Position numbers and translations under genes: made by a program
In this document: piece after piece, positions 19,749-29,705 of the stretch
Layout: every line of letters starts with the position of its first letter
Position numbering within the stretch: position 1 is the first letter of the stretch
NCBI GenBank assembly: GCA_041288095.1
Contig: JBGGMJ010000182.1
Span: 861-64,860 of the forward strand
Reading direction: 5' to 3'
Length of the DNA: 64,000 nucleotides
DNA from: Myxococcota bacterium
GTDB taxonomy: Bacteria; Myxococcota; XYA12-FULL-58-9; JALHOP01
The notes under the pieces: generated by a model
Told to the model about the DNA's origin: nothing
The model's database searches: none
What the model saw: the letters and a program-made list of their open reading frames with translations, nothing else

Positions 19749-20564
19749 CTAGCTCTGCGGGGGAGGGGTCGTTGGTGTGCCCTCGGAGGACACGTTCTCG
19801 CGGGGAGCTTGTTGCACCGCCCGGCCGTCTTTCACTTCCGCCACGGTATCGTTGACGAGCCAGACTTCTTTCGACGTGTACCAGGCGACACGCGCCTCAC
19901 CCTTGGGGCTCTGCTCGATGAACCACATCGTGGGGGTGCCCCAAGCCGCCGTGAGCTCTTCACGCGACATACCTTCGACGACGTTCTTGTGCTCGATGGC
20001 GGCGCGGACCGTCGGCCGCCGGCTGCCGAGCCACCGTTGCACGTCACCTTCGGGCGCGAACATCGCGGCGATGGCGTCTTCCACTTGTTGCTCGGTCTCG
20101 AGCTCGAGCGGCAAGAGCGCCACGAAGCCGCGACGATTCTCGAGCGGGGCGTGGGTCTCGTCGGGAGCGGGCTTCAAGTAGACCCACGGGTTGTAACGCG
20201 GGGTCGTGAGCATGCGGTGGGTGAGGGCGCTGCGATCCGGAAACTCGATGCGTTCGATGACGAAGCGACTGCCGGCGGGCACGATCCCTTTTTGCCCCTT
20301 CGGATGGATGGGCGCGCCGTTCAGGTCGACGATGTGCGAGGTGTCCGCGAAGGGGTGGGGTGAGAGCAGCCAGAGCTCGTTCTCGTCGTAAAGCTGGCCG
20401 TAATAGTTCGATTGGCGCAGCTCGACGACGTTGCCGGCGTGGCGTTTCTCGATTTGCGCGCGGACTTCCGGAGCGATGCGGGTCTGCGAAGCGCAGCGCC
20501 ACAGGGCTACGAAGGAGAGGGCGACGATCGAAGCGCCACAAACGGCGCGCAGCGTGGGTCGCAT
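19749..20564 (-). CDS. hypothetical exported protein with a C-terminal BamE/SmpA-OmlA-like motif
   Basis: 271 aa with a hydrophobic N-terminus. GMSREELTAAWGTP resembles the SmpA/OmlA (BamE) signature. Ordinary residue diversity supports this strand over the + strand ORFs. Confidence 0.5.
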   Translation of the reverse strand: MRPTLRAVCGASIVALSFVALWRCASQTRIAPEVRAQIEKRHAGNVVELRQSNYYGQLYDENELWLLSPHPFADTSHIVDLNGAPIHPKGQKGIVPAGSRFVIERIEFPDRSALTHRMLTTPRYNPWVYLKPAPDETHAPLENRRGFVALLPLELETEQQVEDAIAAMFAPEGDVQRWLGSRRPTVRAAIEHKNVVEGMSREELTAAWGTPTMWFIEQSPKGEARVAWYTSKEVWLVNDTVAEVKDGRAVQQAPRENVSSEGTPTTPPPQS

Positions 20565-20615
20565 GGGTGAAAGCTATCACGGCACATTCGCGCCGGGAAA
20601 AAAGATGTCTGCCAA

Positions 20616-21122
20616 GTGTCAGGGCGAATAATCGCTCCGCGCGCGCCGCGAACGGCTACGATGGCGCCGAACCCGCACCCACACGGAGCCCCACACATGA
20701 CGAGCGTCCCCACGCCTGCGCCCAAGAAGAAGGTCAACTGGTTCTGGCCGACCATCACCGATCTCGACACGGCTCTGGAGGCGGCCAAGGGGACGATGAT
20801 TGCGGGCTTCCTCGTGGCCGGTATCACCCTCGCGTTCGTCATCATCGCGATGGTTCAGCAAGGCGCGGCGACGATGGTGACGCCGTGGGCAATCATCGAC
20901 GTGGTGCTGTTCGCGGCCATCGCCATCGGCGGCAAGATGCATTTGCGCGCCGCGGGCATCGCGGGGCCCGTCCTGTTCGCTCTCGAGAAGATCTACAGCT
21001 TCACCCAAGGAGCCGTCCCCGGCGGCGGCGGCATCGTCTTCGCCGCGCTCATCTTCGTCGTCTTCATCACGGGCTGCCGCGGCATCTTCGCGGTGCATCG
21101 CTTTCGCGGCGCCAAGGCCTGA
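20616..21122 (+). CDS. hypothetical integral membrane protein (4 predicted TM helices)
   Basis: Hydrophobic helices are GTMIAGFLVAGITLAFVIIAMV, WAIIDVVLFAAIAIGG, IAGPVLFALEKIY and GIVFAALIFVVFITG. The start may be the internal ATG at 20661 or 20697. The antisense 169-aa ORF is low-complexity Asp/Glu/Arg. Confidence 0.45.
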   Translation: MSGRIIAPRAPRTATMAPNPHPHGAPHMTSVPTPAPKKKVNWFWPTITDLDTALEAAKGTMIAGFLVAGITLAFVIIAMVQQGAATMVTPWAIIDVVLFAAIAIGGKMHLRAAGIAGPVLFALEKIYSFTQGAVPGGGGIVFAALIFVVFITGCRGIFAVHRFRGAKA

Positions 21123-21156
21123 CGACAAAGCCCCTGGCGCGTGTTAGGACTGCCGC

Positions 21157-21990
21157 GTGATGCGGTTCAGCAAATACCAGGGGACAGGTAACGACTTCAT
21201 CGTCCTCGACAAGCGCGCGGGAGGTGCGCCGCTGTCCGCCGAGGTGGTCATGCGGCTCTGTGACCGCCACCGGGGCATCGGCGCGGACGGTGTCCTCACA
21301 TTGTGGAAAGAGCCCGAGCACGACTTCCGGATGCAAGTGCAGAACGCCGACGGCTCCGAGTCGGAGATGTGCGGCAACGGCCTGCGCTGCGTTGCTCGCT
21401 TCGTTCATGACCGCGACACCCAAGGCGGTGATCGACTCACTGTCCGTTCCGGCGACGGCACCTACGTCATCGAGCGGGTCGCGGCCGGCGTCTACCGCGT
21501 CGACATGGGGCGACCGACCTTGGACAGCCCGCAGCTACCGCCCGAATCACGCGGACGCGCACCTTTTACCCTGATGGCCGGCGAGGCCCGCTTCGACGCC
21601 CTTGCGCTCTCCTTCGGTAACCCGCACGCCGTCATCTTCACGCCCGAGGATCCGATGCAGCTCGCCGTGGCGTACGGGGCGCAGCTCGAGCGGCACCCGT
21701 CGTTTCCCGAGCGCGTCAACGTGTCGTTCGCGCGGTCGGCCGCCCCAGGGCGCTTCGAGGCCGTGGTCTTCGAGCGCGGGTCCGGCATCACGCAAGCTTG
21801 CGGCAGCGGCGCCTGTGCGGTCGCTATAGCGGCCGTTTGGAGCGGCCGCACGCAGCGTGACCAAGCGATTGAGATCGCTTTGCCGGGCGGCGTGTTGACC
21901 ATCAGCGTCGACGCGGGTGATCGGGTGCTGTTGCAAGGCCCGGCGGAGCTGGTTTTCACCGGCGAGGTCGATGAGACGCGGCTGCGCTGA
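21157..21990 (+). CDS. dapF: diaminopimelate epimerase
   Basis: 277 aa with MRFSKYQGTGNDFIVLD at the N-terminus and both catalytic Cys motifs (SEMCGNGLRC and ITQACGSGACA). Confidence 0.9.
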   Translation: MMRFSKYQGTGNDFIVLDKRAGGAPLSAEVVMRLCDRHRGIGADGVLTLWKEPEHDFRMQVQNADGSESEMCGNGLRCVARFVHDRDTQGGDRLTVRSGDGTYVIERVAAGVYRVDMGRPTLDSPQLPPESRGRAPFTLMAGEARFDALALSFGNPHAVIFTPEDPMQLAVAYGAQLERHPSFPERVNVSFARSAAPGRFEAVVFERGSGITQACGSGACAVAIAAVWSGRTQRDQAIEIALPGGVLTISVDAGDRVLLQGPAELVFTGEVDETRLR

Positions 21991-23310
21991 GGTCGTACTC
22001 TGCGCGCTCTTGGCTGCTTGTTCGCAGAAGCGGACGGGCGGCGCCGCACCGTCGTTCGACGATTGTTTCGTCGGTAGTGCCGCCGGCAGCGTGCGCGTCC
22101 AGGCACGTTGCACCGACCTCGACGGCTTGAAGGTCGCGGTGCTGCGCGCCGAGGGTGGGCGGCGCGCCGCCGACCCGGTGTTCTTCATTCCCGGTGGCCC
22201 CGGCCAGAGCGGCTTCGCGGCGTTCGCCCAGGTCGCGGGCGCATTCGCGCCAGTGCGGCGTCATCGCGACATCGTCATCATCGAGCCTCGCGGCGTCGGC
22301 GAATCGCAGCCCCTTACCTGCTCGACGCCGCTACCCGACGACTTGCGAGCGCCTGATGCGCTATCGCGGCTGAGGACGTGCGCGGTGGAGCTCCGTGATC
22401 GCCCGAGCTTCATCAACACGACGGCCGCGGTTCGCGACATCGAGATGGTGCGCGGCGCTCTCGGCTACCAGACGATCAACCTCTACGGCGCCTCGTACGG
22501 GACGCGCGTCGCCTTACAGGTCGCGAAGGCGCGGCCGGACTTCGTGCGCGCCCTCGTGCTTGACGGCGTCATCGCGCCGGAGACGAGCCTCGGCGTGGAG
22601 CAGGCGAGAGCGACCCAGCGGGCATTCGACGCGGTGGCCAAGCGCGCCGGCGGTTTCCGCCCGAAGCTCGCCCTCGACGGCACGCGCGTCGCCGTGCGGC
22701 ACCCGGTCACCGGCGAGCCCACACACGTCGAGCTCGACGACCGGCTCCTCCAAGACACCCTCAGGATGATGCTCTACCAGAGCGAGCTGACCGCGCTCAT
22801 TCCCCGAGTGCTCGCGGAGGCCGGTCGCGGCAACCTGGTGCCGCTCGCGACACAGGCCGCCCTGGCGCGGGCGAGCGTCGAAGGAGCCGTGAACCCCCTC
22901 GTTTATCTATCGGTGGTGTGCGCGGAAGACATTCCGTACTTGCCGCCCGAGCATCGCGACGAAGGGCTGTTCGTGTCGCGGGTCGCGGAGCTCATCGAGG
23001 CGTGCAAGGTTTGGCCGGTCACCAAGGCCGATGCCGCGTTGAAGCAGCCGGTCGTCACCGATACGCCCATGTTCCTCTTGTCCGGTTCAGCGGACCCGGT
23101 GACGCCACCGAGCGAGGCCGAGAAGGTGGCGGCGCACGCGACTCACGCCCACCACTTGGTCCTCGCGGATCAAGGACACATCGGTGTCGTTCGCGGTTGC
23201 GTGCCGCGCTTGGTCGCCGACTTCATCGACGATCCAGCGGCTACGGACTTCGACACGAGCTGTGCCGCGCGAACCTCGGCGTTGCCGCTCTTCGATGGAC
23301 CGAACGGCCC

Positions 23311-23314
<4 letters not shown>
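21971..23314 (+). CDS. alpha/beta-hydrolase lipoprotein (TAP-like/prolyl-tripeptidyl aminopeptidase family)
   Basis: The ATG at 21971 gives MRRGCAEVVLCALLAAC (lipobox). It has the nucleophile elbow GASYGT and a C-terminal TAP-like segment (LLSGSADPVTPP...DQGH). It overlaps the dapF end by 20 nt. Confidence 0.7.
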
Positions 23315-24029
<715 letters not shown>

Positions 24030-24033
<4 letters not shown>

Positions 24034-25172
24034 GAGCGCTGTTCGTCGTGCTCGCCAAGGAGCTGCGTGACAACCTGCGCGACCGTCGCACGCTGTTCGT
24101 CGCCATGTTGCTGCCGTTGTTCACGCCGATGACTCTTGGTCTCGTGCTCGTGTGGAACTTGCACAACCAGATCGAGCGTTACGACGCGCCGTTGACCGTG
24201 CCCGTGGAAGGCAAGGCGAAGCTCGTCGAGGATGCGCTCATCGAAGCCGGTTGCGTGCTGGTGCCACTCGAAGGCCATTCCGACTTCGACGTCGCCTTGC
24301 GTATCGACCCCGACTTCGAAGCCAAGGTACGCCAAGGCAAGCCCGCCGAGCTCGAGCTCGCCTACGACTCCGGCCGTCAGGACTCGGCGCGCGCCGCCAG
24401 TCGCGTCCGTAGCGCTCTCGACGGCTTGGCGCGCACCCTCGGCGTCGTGCGCCTCGTCGAGCGCGGCGTGAGCCCGCAGATCTTGGCGCCGTTTGCTATC
24501 GCGGAGCGTGACCTCGCGACTCCCGAATCACGCATGGCTTTCTTGTTCGCCGGTGTTCCCTTCACGCTGATCATGCTCGCCTTCATGGGTGGCTTGTATG
24601 TCGCCATCGACACCACGGCCGGCGAGCGCGAGCGCAATTCCTTCGAGGCGCTGATGACGAGCCCGGTATCACGGGCCGCGGTGGCGTTCGGCAAGCTCGC
24701 GGCGGTGACCGTCTTCGCCTGGCTCGCCTTGGTGGTCAGCGCCTTGGGCCTCGTGGCATTGCCACACGTGTTGCCGGAGCGCGCCTTGGACGTGCCGCTC
24801 AAGCTCGACCCCGCCACCGTGCTCGCCTCGGTGATCTTGCTGGTGCCGCTCACCTTCCTAGCTTCGGCCTTGCAGACCCTGGTCGCCGCCAGCGCCAAGG
24901 GGTTCAAGGAAGCCCAAGCGACGCTCACCTATGTCGTCCTGGTCCCCATGCTGCCGGCGATGGTGCAGATGCTGGTGCAACCCGAGCCACGCGCGTCGAT
25001 CATGTGGATCCCGGCGTTCGCCGAGCAGATCATCATCGACCAGTGGCTGCGCAACCAGGCGGTGGCGCCGGGCTTGTTGGCGCTCACGCTCGCCTCGACC
25101 AGCCTCGTCGCATTGTTGCTCGCGTGGGGCGTTTCTCGGCGGTACGGTGATGAACGCACCTTCTTGCCTTGA
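24030..25172 (+). CDS. ABC-2 type transporter permease (NatB-like)
   Basis: 380 aa, overlapping the ATPase gene by 4 nt. One N-terminal TM is followed by a large loop and then about 5 C-terminal TM helices, as in ABC-2 permeases. Confidence 0.7.
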
Positions 25173-25202
25173 GCCTCAAGCCCTCTTAGCGTCAGAGAAG
25201 CC

Positions 25203-27128
25203 GTGAGCCCCTACCGCATCCTGTTGGTCGACGACGACGCGTTCTTCCTGCAGGTCTACGGCGACTTCCTGCGGGCGCGCGGCTTCGAGGTCGACTGTGT
25301 GTCCTCGGGCAAGGCGGCGCTCGAGCACTTCGCCAAGGGCAAATACCGCCTGATCGTCGCCGACCTCATCATGCCGCAGATGACCGGCCTCGAGCTCATC
25401 GAGCGCATCCGCGGCCTCGACGCCCTGCAAGACGTGGTCGTCGTCACTGGTGACGACGATGTACGCACGGCGGTCCGCGCCATGCGCCTCGGTGTTTACG
25501 ACTACCTGGTGAAGCCGGTCGAGCCCGAGGAGCTAGTCCATGTGATCGATCGCCTGCACGAACGGTCGACGCTCTATGACGAGCACGCGCGGCTGCTCAA
25601 CGAGAACATCGAGTACGCCGAGATCCAGCGCATCTTCCTGCGGGCGCTGCGCATCATGCAGAGCCTCGAGCTCGAAACGGTCTGCGAGCGCCTGCTCGAG
25701 ACCATGAGTGATGTCTCGGGCGCCCAGGGCGCGGCGCTGTGGCTGGCGCGTGACGACAGCAACGAGCTGTCCATGCACGGCTACCGCGGGCTGGTGGAGC
25801 CGGGAAATCTCGCCATGGCCTGGGATCCCGAGACCACGCCGGTGGCGCGCGAGCTGCTCGCTGGGCTGCCGGTGCCGACGACCCGCGACCTTTCGAAGAT
25901 GATGGTGACGCATCTCCCGGCGCCGGCGCTGCTCGTGCCGCTCGCCAAGGAAGGGCGGCTCATCGGCCTGGTGCAGCTCGTCGACAAGCTCGGCGGCGGC
26001 TTCGACAGCCGCGACATCGGCCACGGCAAGATCCTCGCCGACGCGGCGGCGACCGCGATAGCGCACGCACGGCGCTTTCGGCACCTCGAGCGCGTCGGCC
26101 TGCGCGATCCATCGACGTCCGCCTACAACATGACCTATTTCGTCGACTACCTCGGGCGCGAGCTGCACAAGGCGCGGCGCTATCAGCGAAGCTTCTCGCT
26201 GGTACAAGTCTCGGTCGACAATCTCGAGCAGCTCAAAGCGAGCCTCAAGATCGACGTCATCCGCGAAGCGCAACGCCGCCTCATCATGTCGATCGCCCAG
26301 ACGCTCTCCGACATCGACGTTCTCGCGCGGGTCGACGACGACGAGATGTTCTTGCTCTTGCCCGAGGCCGACTTCCTGCGCGGTCTGGTCTTCGTCCGCC
26401 AGGTGCGCGACGCCATCACCAAGAATCCTTTTCTCGCCGAAATCGATCGCTTGCACCCCATCCGCGTGAGCTTCGGTCCAGCCGCCTTTCCCCGTGACGG
26501 TGACGACGCCGATCAGATCTTCGCCGCCACGGCGCGCCGACTCGACGAGTCGCGGCGCAGCTCGTTTCGCAAGCTGCACCTCGAGGATCTCGACTTCTGG
26601 AGCGCCGTCGACGTGCTCGTCGGGCCGGACGGTCCGTACAGCGGCACCGGCCTGCGCAGCACGCGCCTCATGGCGATGACCGAAGACGAGCGCGGTCTGT
26701 CGCGCCACGCGCTCTTTCCCGAGGGCGCCGTCGAGGACCTGCGCCGCAGCATCTTCGCGGAGGCACACCGCCAAGGCAGGCAACACGGCTGGCTGTACGT
26801 GGGCGGCAACTTCACCGGCGCGCCCGCGGACCGAAAGTCGCTGCAACAGCTCGGCCGCGCCAGTGGCTCGGCTCTCAAGACGTACGTGCTCGGGCACAAG
26901 CGCGTCGTCGACATCGAGGACAGCTCGACGCTCACGCACGTGCAGGCGCCCGGTGACATTTTCGACCGGCACGAGATCATGCTGCTGCTGCTCGAGCACG
27001 CCGCCTACGGACTCGTCGCGCGCCGCCGCAATGACGGACGACTCTACGGCTTCCACACCGCGGATTGGACGCTCGTCGAAGCACTCATCGACAAGCTCCA
27101 GGACGCATACCACCTGCAGAAAGGGTAG
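25203..27128 (+). CDS. response regulator with GAF and degenerate GGDEF domains plus an unassigned C-terminal domain
   Basis: REC: ILLVDDDAFFL...VADLIMPQMTGLE...YLVKP. A GAF-like segment follows. The GGDEF-fold segment (SAYNMTYFVDYLGRELHKARRY...) has DDDEM at the GGDEF position. About 190 aa at the C-terminus are unassigned (possibly DICT-like, unverified). Confidence 0.75.
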   Translation: MSPYRILLVDDDAFFLQVYGDFLRARGFEVDCVSSGKAALEHFAKGKYRLIVADLIMPQMTGLELIERIRGLDALQDVVVVTGDDDVRTAVRAMRLGVYDYLVKPVEPEELVHVIDRLHERSTLYDEHARLLNENIEYAEIQRIFLRALRIMQSLELETVCERLLETMSDVSGAQGAALWLARDDSNELSMHGYRGLVEPGNLAMAWDPETTPVARELLAGLPVPTTRDLSKMMVTHLPAPALLVPLAKEGRLIGLVQLVDKLGGGFDSRDIGHGKILADAAATAIAHARRFRHLERVGLRDPSTSAYNMTYFVDYLGRELHKARRYQRSFSLVQVSVDNLEQLKASLKIDVIREAQRRLIMSIAQTLSDIDVLARVDDDEMFLLLPEADFLRGLVFVRQVRDAITKNPFLAEIDRLHPIRVSFGPAAFPRDGDDADQIFAATARRLDESRRSSFRKLHLEDLDFWSAVDVLVGPDGPYSGTGLRSTRLMAMTEDERGLSRHALFPEGAVEDLRRSIFAEAHRQGRQHGWLYVGGNFTGAPADRKSLQQLGRASGSALKTYVLGHKRVVDIEDSSTLTHVQAPGDIFDRHEIMLLLLEHAAYGLVARRRNDGRLYGFHTADWTLVEALIDKLQDAYHLQKG

Positions 27129-27133
27129 GGACG

Positions 27134-28636
27134 ATGACCGCCGCGAAGAAGCGCACCATCCTCATCGCCGACCCCGACGTCGAGGTGGCGCGCTCGCTCA
27201 AGAGCGCCTTGCAAGAGCAGTACGAGATTCTCGTGGCGCGCGACGGCTCCAAGGCTCTCGAGACCTCGGTGCTCCGCTATCCCGATCTCATCCTCTTCTA
27301 CCGCAACTGTCCGCTCATCGGAGCGACCCAGTTCCTGCGTATCTTGCGCACCAATCCGCGCACCGAGGACATTCCCCTGATCGTCCTCTCCGACGAGGCG
27401 GTGTCGGCCGGCAGCATGCCGGGCTTCCTCGAGGGCATCCTCGTCAAGCCGCTGAACCTCGACGAAGTGCGCTCGCACATCGCGCAGGTCTTCCGCCGTT
27501 CCGACGCCGTCCGCGAAGTCGGACACGAAGCCGGGAGCGTGAGCGGCAACCTCGAGCAGATCTCGATGGCCGATCTCCTGCAAGTCTTCTCGATGAACCG
27601 GCGGACGGGTGTCTTGCAGCTGCAGGGCGGGGGCACCTCGGCCGAGGTCTTCGTCAACGAGGGTCGCATCGAAGAAGCGATCTGCGGGCTGACGCGCGGT
27701 GAGAAAGCGCTCTACCGCATCATCGGCATGGGTGAAGGGCGCTTCTCGTTCGTGCCGGGGCGCCAGTCTCCGGTGCGCTCGCTCGACGCCACGACCGACG
27801 CGCTGCTCATCGAGGGCATGCGCCAGAGCGACGAGCTCGAGCGCATGCGCGACGAGCTGCCGCCGCCGGCCGCCCGCATCGAACAGGCGATCGCGCCCGA
27901 CGAGATCCCTCCCGGCTTGCACCCGGTCAACGCCGAGATCATGAGCCTGCTCGGGAGCGCGAACACGAACGCGATCCGAGTGACCGACGTCGTCGACCGC
28001 ACCAAGGCGACCGACCTCGACGTCTACCTCGCCCTGCGCTCGCTACTCACCGCGGGCTTCGTACGCATCGTCGATTCGGACGGCGGCGTCGACGGCAAGA
28101 GCCTGCTCACCCAGGACGAGTCCTTCGAGCTGCGCTCGCGCCTACGCCGCATCGGCCTGCCGCCGAGCTTCATGGGCGCGCCGAAGTTGGTGCTGGTGAT
28201 GACCGATCCCGCGGACGTGCGCGCGACCGCCGCGATGATGCAGCGCTGGAGCGAGTTCGAGCCCGCGTTGGGTGGCGAGCTCAAGAGCTTCGGCAGCCTC
28301 GGGATCCTCACGCTCGATCATGGCCTGGTCGTGGATGTCGTGGCTCTGTCGGCCGATCCCGCGCTGGCCCCCTTGGGTTACGCTTTGTCCGCGGGTGCCA
28401 TCGCCGCCATAGTCATGGGACCGGCCGACGAGCTCAACGGAGCGCTCCGCTTGGTCGAAGTGGAGCGTCGCGCCTCGGTTGTTTTCCTGCGCTTCCCGGG
28501 ACAGCCCGCTATCGCGGATGCACCGCGGCGGACCATTTTACCCGTGGCGAGCCTCGCCGAGGCCGAGCTCAGGCAAGCGGTGCAGACGGCCCTCCGGCAC
28601 GGTGCGACCGCCGACCTGCGCGGAATGACGATCTAG
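27134..28636 (+). CDS. response regulator with a DUF4388/PATAN-like domain
   Basis: The ATG at 27134 gives MTAAKKRTILIADPDVEV. REC: DLILFYRNCPLIGATQ...ILVKP. GNLEQISMADLLQVFSMNRRTGVLQL is the typical DUF4388 opening. The C-terminal half is unassigned. Confidence 0.65.
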   Translation: MTAAKKRTILIADPDVEVARSLKSALQEQYEILVARDGSKALETSVLRYPDLILFYRNCPLIGATQFLRILRTNPRTEDIPLIVLSDEAVSAGSMPGFLEGILVKPLNLDEVRSHIAQVFRRSDAVREVGHEAGSVSGNLEQISMADLLQVFSMNRRTGVLQLQGGGTSAEVFVNEGRIEEAICGLTRGEKALYRIIGMGEGRFSFVPGRQSPVRSLDATTDALLIEGMRQSDELERMRDELPPPAARIEQAIAPDEIPPGLHPVNAEIMSLLGSANTNAIRVTDVVDRTKATDLDVYLALRSLLTAGFVRIVDSDGGVDGKSLLTQDESFELRSRLRRIGLPPSFMGAPKLVLVMTDPADVRATAAMMQRWSEFEPALGGELKSFGSLGILTLDHGLVVDVVALSADPALAPLGYALSAGAIAAIVMGPADELNGALRLVEVERRASVVFLRFPGQPAIADAPRRTILPVASLAEAELRQAVQTALRHGATADLRGMTI

Positions 28637-29034
28637 CCGCGGGGGATGGGCGGCCGCGGTGAGGCCTGCAGACGGACGCCGCGCGCCACCGGTGCCTGGA
28701 GCGCGTTTTGGTGATGCCGGTTGAACGTGGCGAAATCGTCGCCGCGGGCGATCGCGTTCAAGAGGTTGATGACTTGCTCGCCCGCATTCGGGCCACCCGC
28801 GGTGGTGAAGATGTGCGAGTCGGGACCGTTGAGCTCTTTGAGCGCTTCCGCGAAGGCCTCCGGGTTCCGTGCGCGCTCGTCGCGGAAGGCGCGAGCGACC
28901 TCCGCGAACTCCCCCGCGTCGACGAGGCCGCGCTGCGGATCGCGCTGATGGTGCTCGGCCATCTCGTTGACGGCGTCGTAGGCTTTTTGAACGGTGTCGT
29001 GGATGGCTGCCGGAGCGAGGCCTTGAGCGCCCAT
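28633..29034 (-). CDS. hypothetical protein (133 aa)
   Basis: ORF with ordinary residue diversity, downstream of and co-oriented with the FHA gene. No motif recognised. Confidence 0.4.
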   Translation of the reverse strand: MGAQGLAPAAIHDTVQKAYDAVNEMAEHHQRDPQRGLVDAGEFAEVARAFRDERARNPEAFAEALKELNGPDSHIFTTAGGPNAGEQVINLLNAIARGDDFATFNRHHQNALQAPVARGVRLQASPRPPIPRG

Positions 29035-29124
29035 GGGTTCCCCTTGGTTGGAGTCCCGGGCAGGCTACGGGTGCTCGGACCGCCGCGTCCGCGTGACCGC
29101 GCCATGGTGGCGCACAAATCTGCC

Positions 29125-29577
29125 TTAGCGGATTTTTACCGCTAGCTCGCTGTTGCCGATGGCGATGACGTCGCCGTCCGCGATCAGCGCCGACCCGACA
29201 CGCTCGGCATTGATGAAGGTGCCGTTGGTGCTCGCGAGGTCGATGATGCCGACGCCGCCGCTGTCGTAGAACAGCATGGCGTGGGCACGTGAGATCGAAT
29301 CGTCGGCGAAGATGATGTCGGGGCCGCGCTCGAAGGCGGAGGCGTTGAAGGTGGCCATGTTGCCCACGGTCGCCGCCGGGGCGCGCTCTTTGAGATGCTT
29401 CGACAGAATGTCGGCGGCGGCGCTGTCGAGCACGCGATTGCCGTCGCGATCGATGAAGGCCGTCTCGGTCTCGGAGAGGTGGCGGCCGATGAGGCGGCAG
29501 GAGCCGAGATCGATGCTGACCGTGTCACCGTCGTTGGGACCGGTTGTGACCGAGAAGACCGCGCGGTGCGACGTCAT
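29125..29577 (-). CDS. FHA-domain protein
   Basis: 150 aa. CRLIGRH...ISRAHAMLFYD...IIDLASTNGTFINAERV carries the conserved FHA G-R...S-x-x-H...N-G pattern. Confidence 0.75.
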   Translation of the reverse strand: MTSHRAVFSVTTGPNDGDTVSIDLGSCRLIGRHLSETETAFIDRDGNRVLDSAAADILSKHLKERAPAATVGNMATFNASAFERGPDIIFADDSISRAHAMLFYDSGGVGIIDLASTNGTFINAERVGSALIADGDVIAIGNSELAVKIR

Positions 29578-29705
29578 GAGGTCGAGTTCTGACAGACCCG
29601 TGGGAGGCGGTGCAAGACCCAGCCGCGTACAGTCTCGCCGGCCGCCGATCGACCTTGGCGCGGTGCGGCAAGCGACGCTATGTTAGCGACTGGAGGATCT
29701 TTACA

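Noticed and set aside
20360-21160. 266-aa plus-strand ORF and the 169-aa minus ORF (20619..21128)
   Set aside because: Both are Arg/Gly/Asp-rich and low-complexity, and both overlap better-supported genes: the exported protein at 19749..20564 and the 4-TM membrane protein at 20616..21122.
22918-23310. N-terminal 131-aa extension of the ABC ATPase ORF (track 22918..24033)
   Set aside because: The extension overlaps the alpha/beta-hydrolase gene in another frame and is Arg/Gly-rich. The ATG at 23311 gives the canonical MIEVSSLAKSF... ABC N-terminus and an ATGA overlap with the upstream stop.
25533-27113. 526-aa minus-strand ORF
   Set aside because: It is antisense to the REC-GAF-GGDEF gene, which has clear domain motifs. 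It shows shadow-ORF composition.
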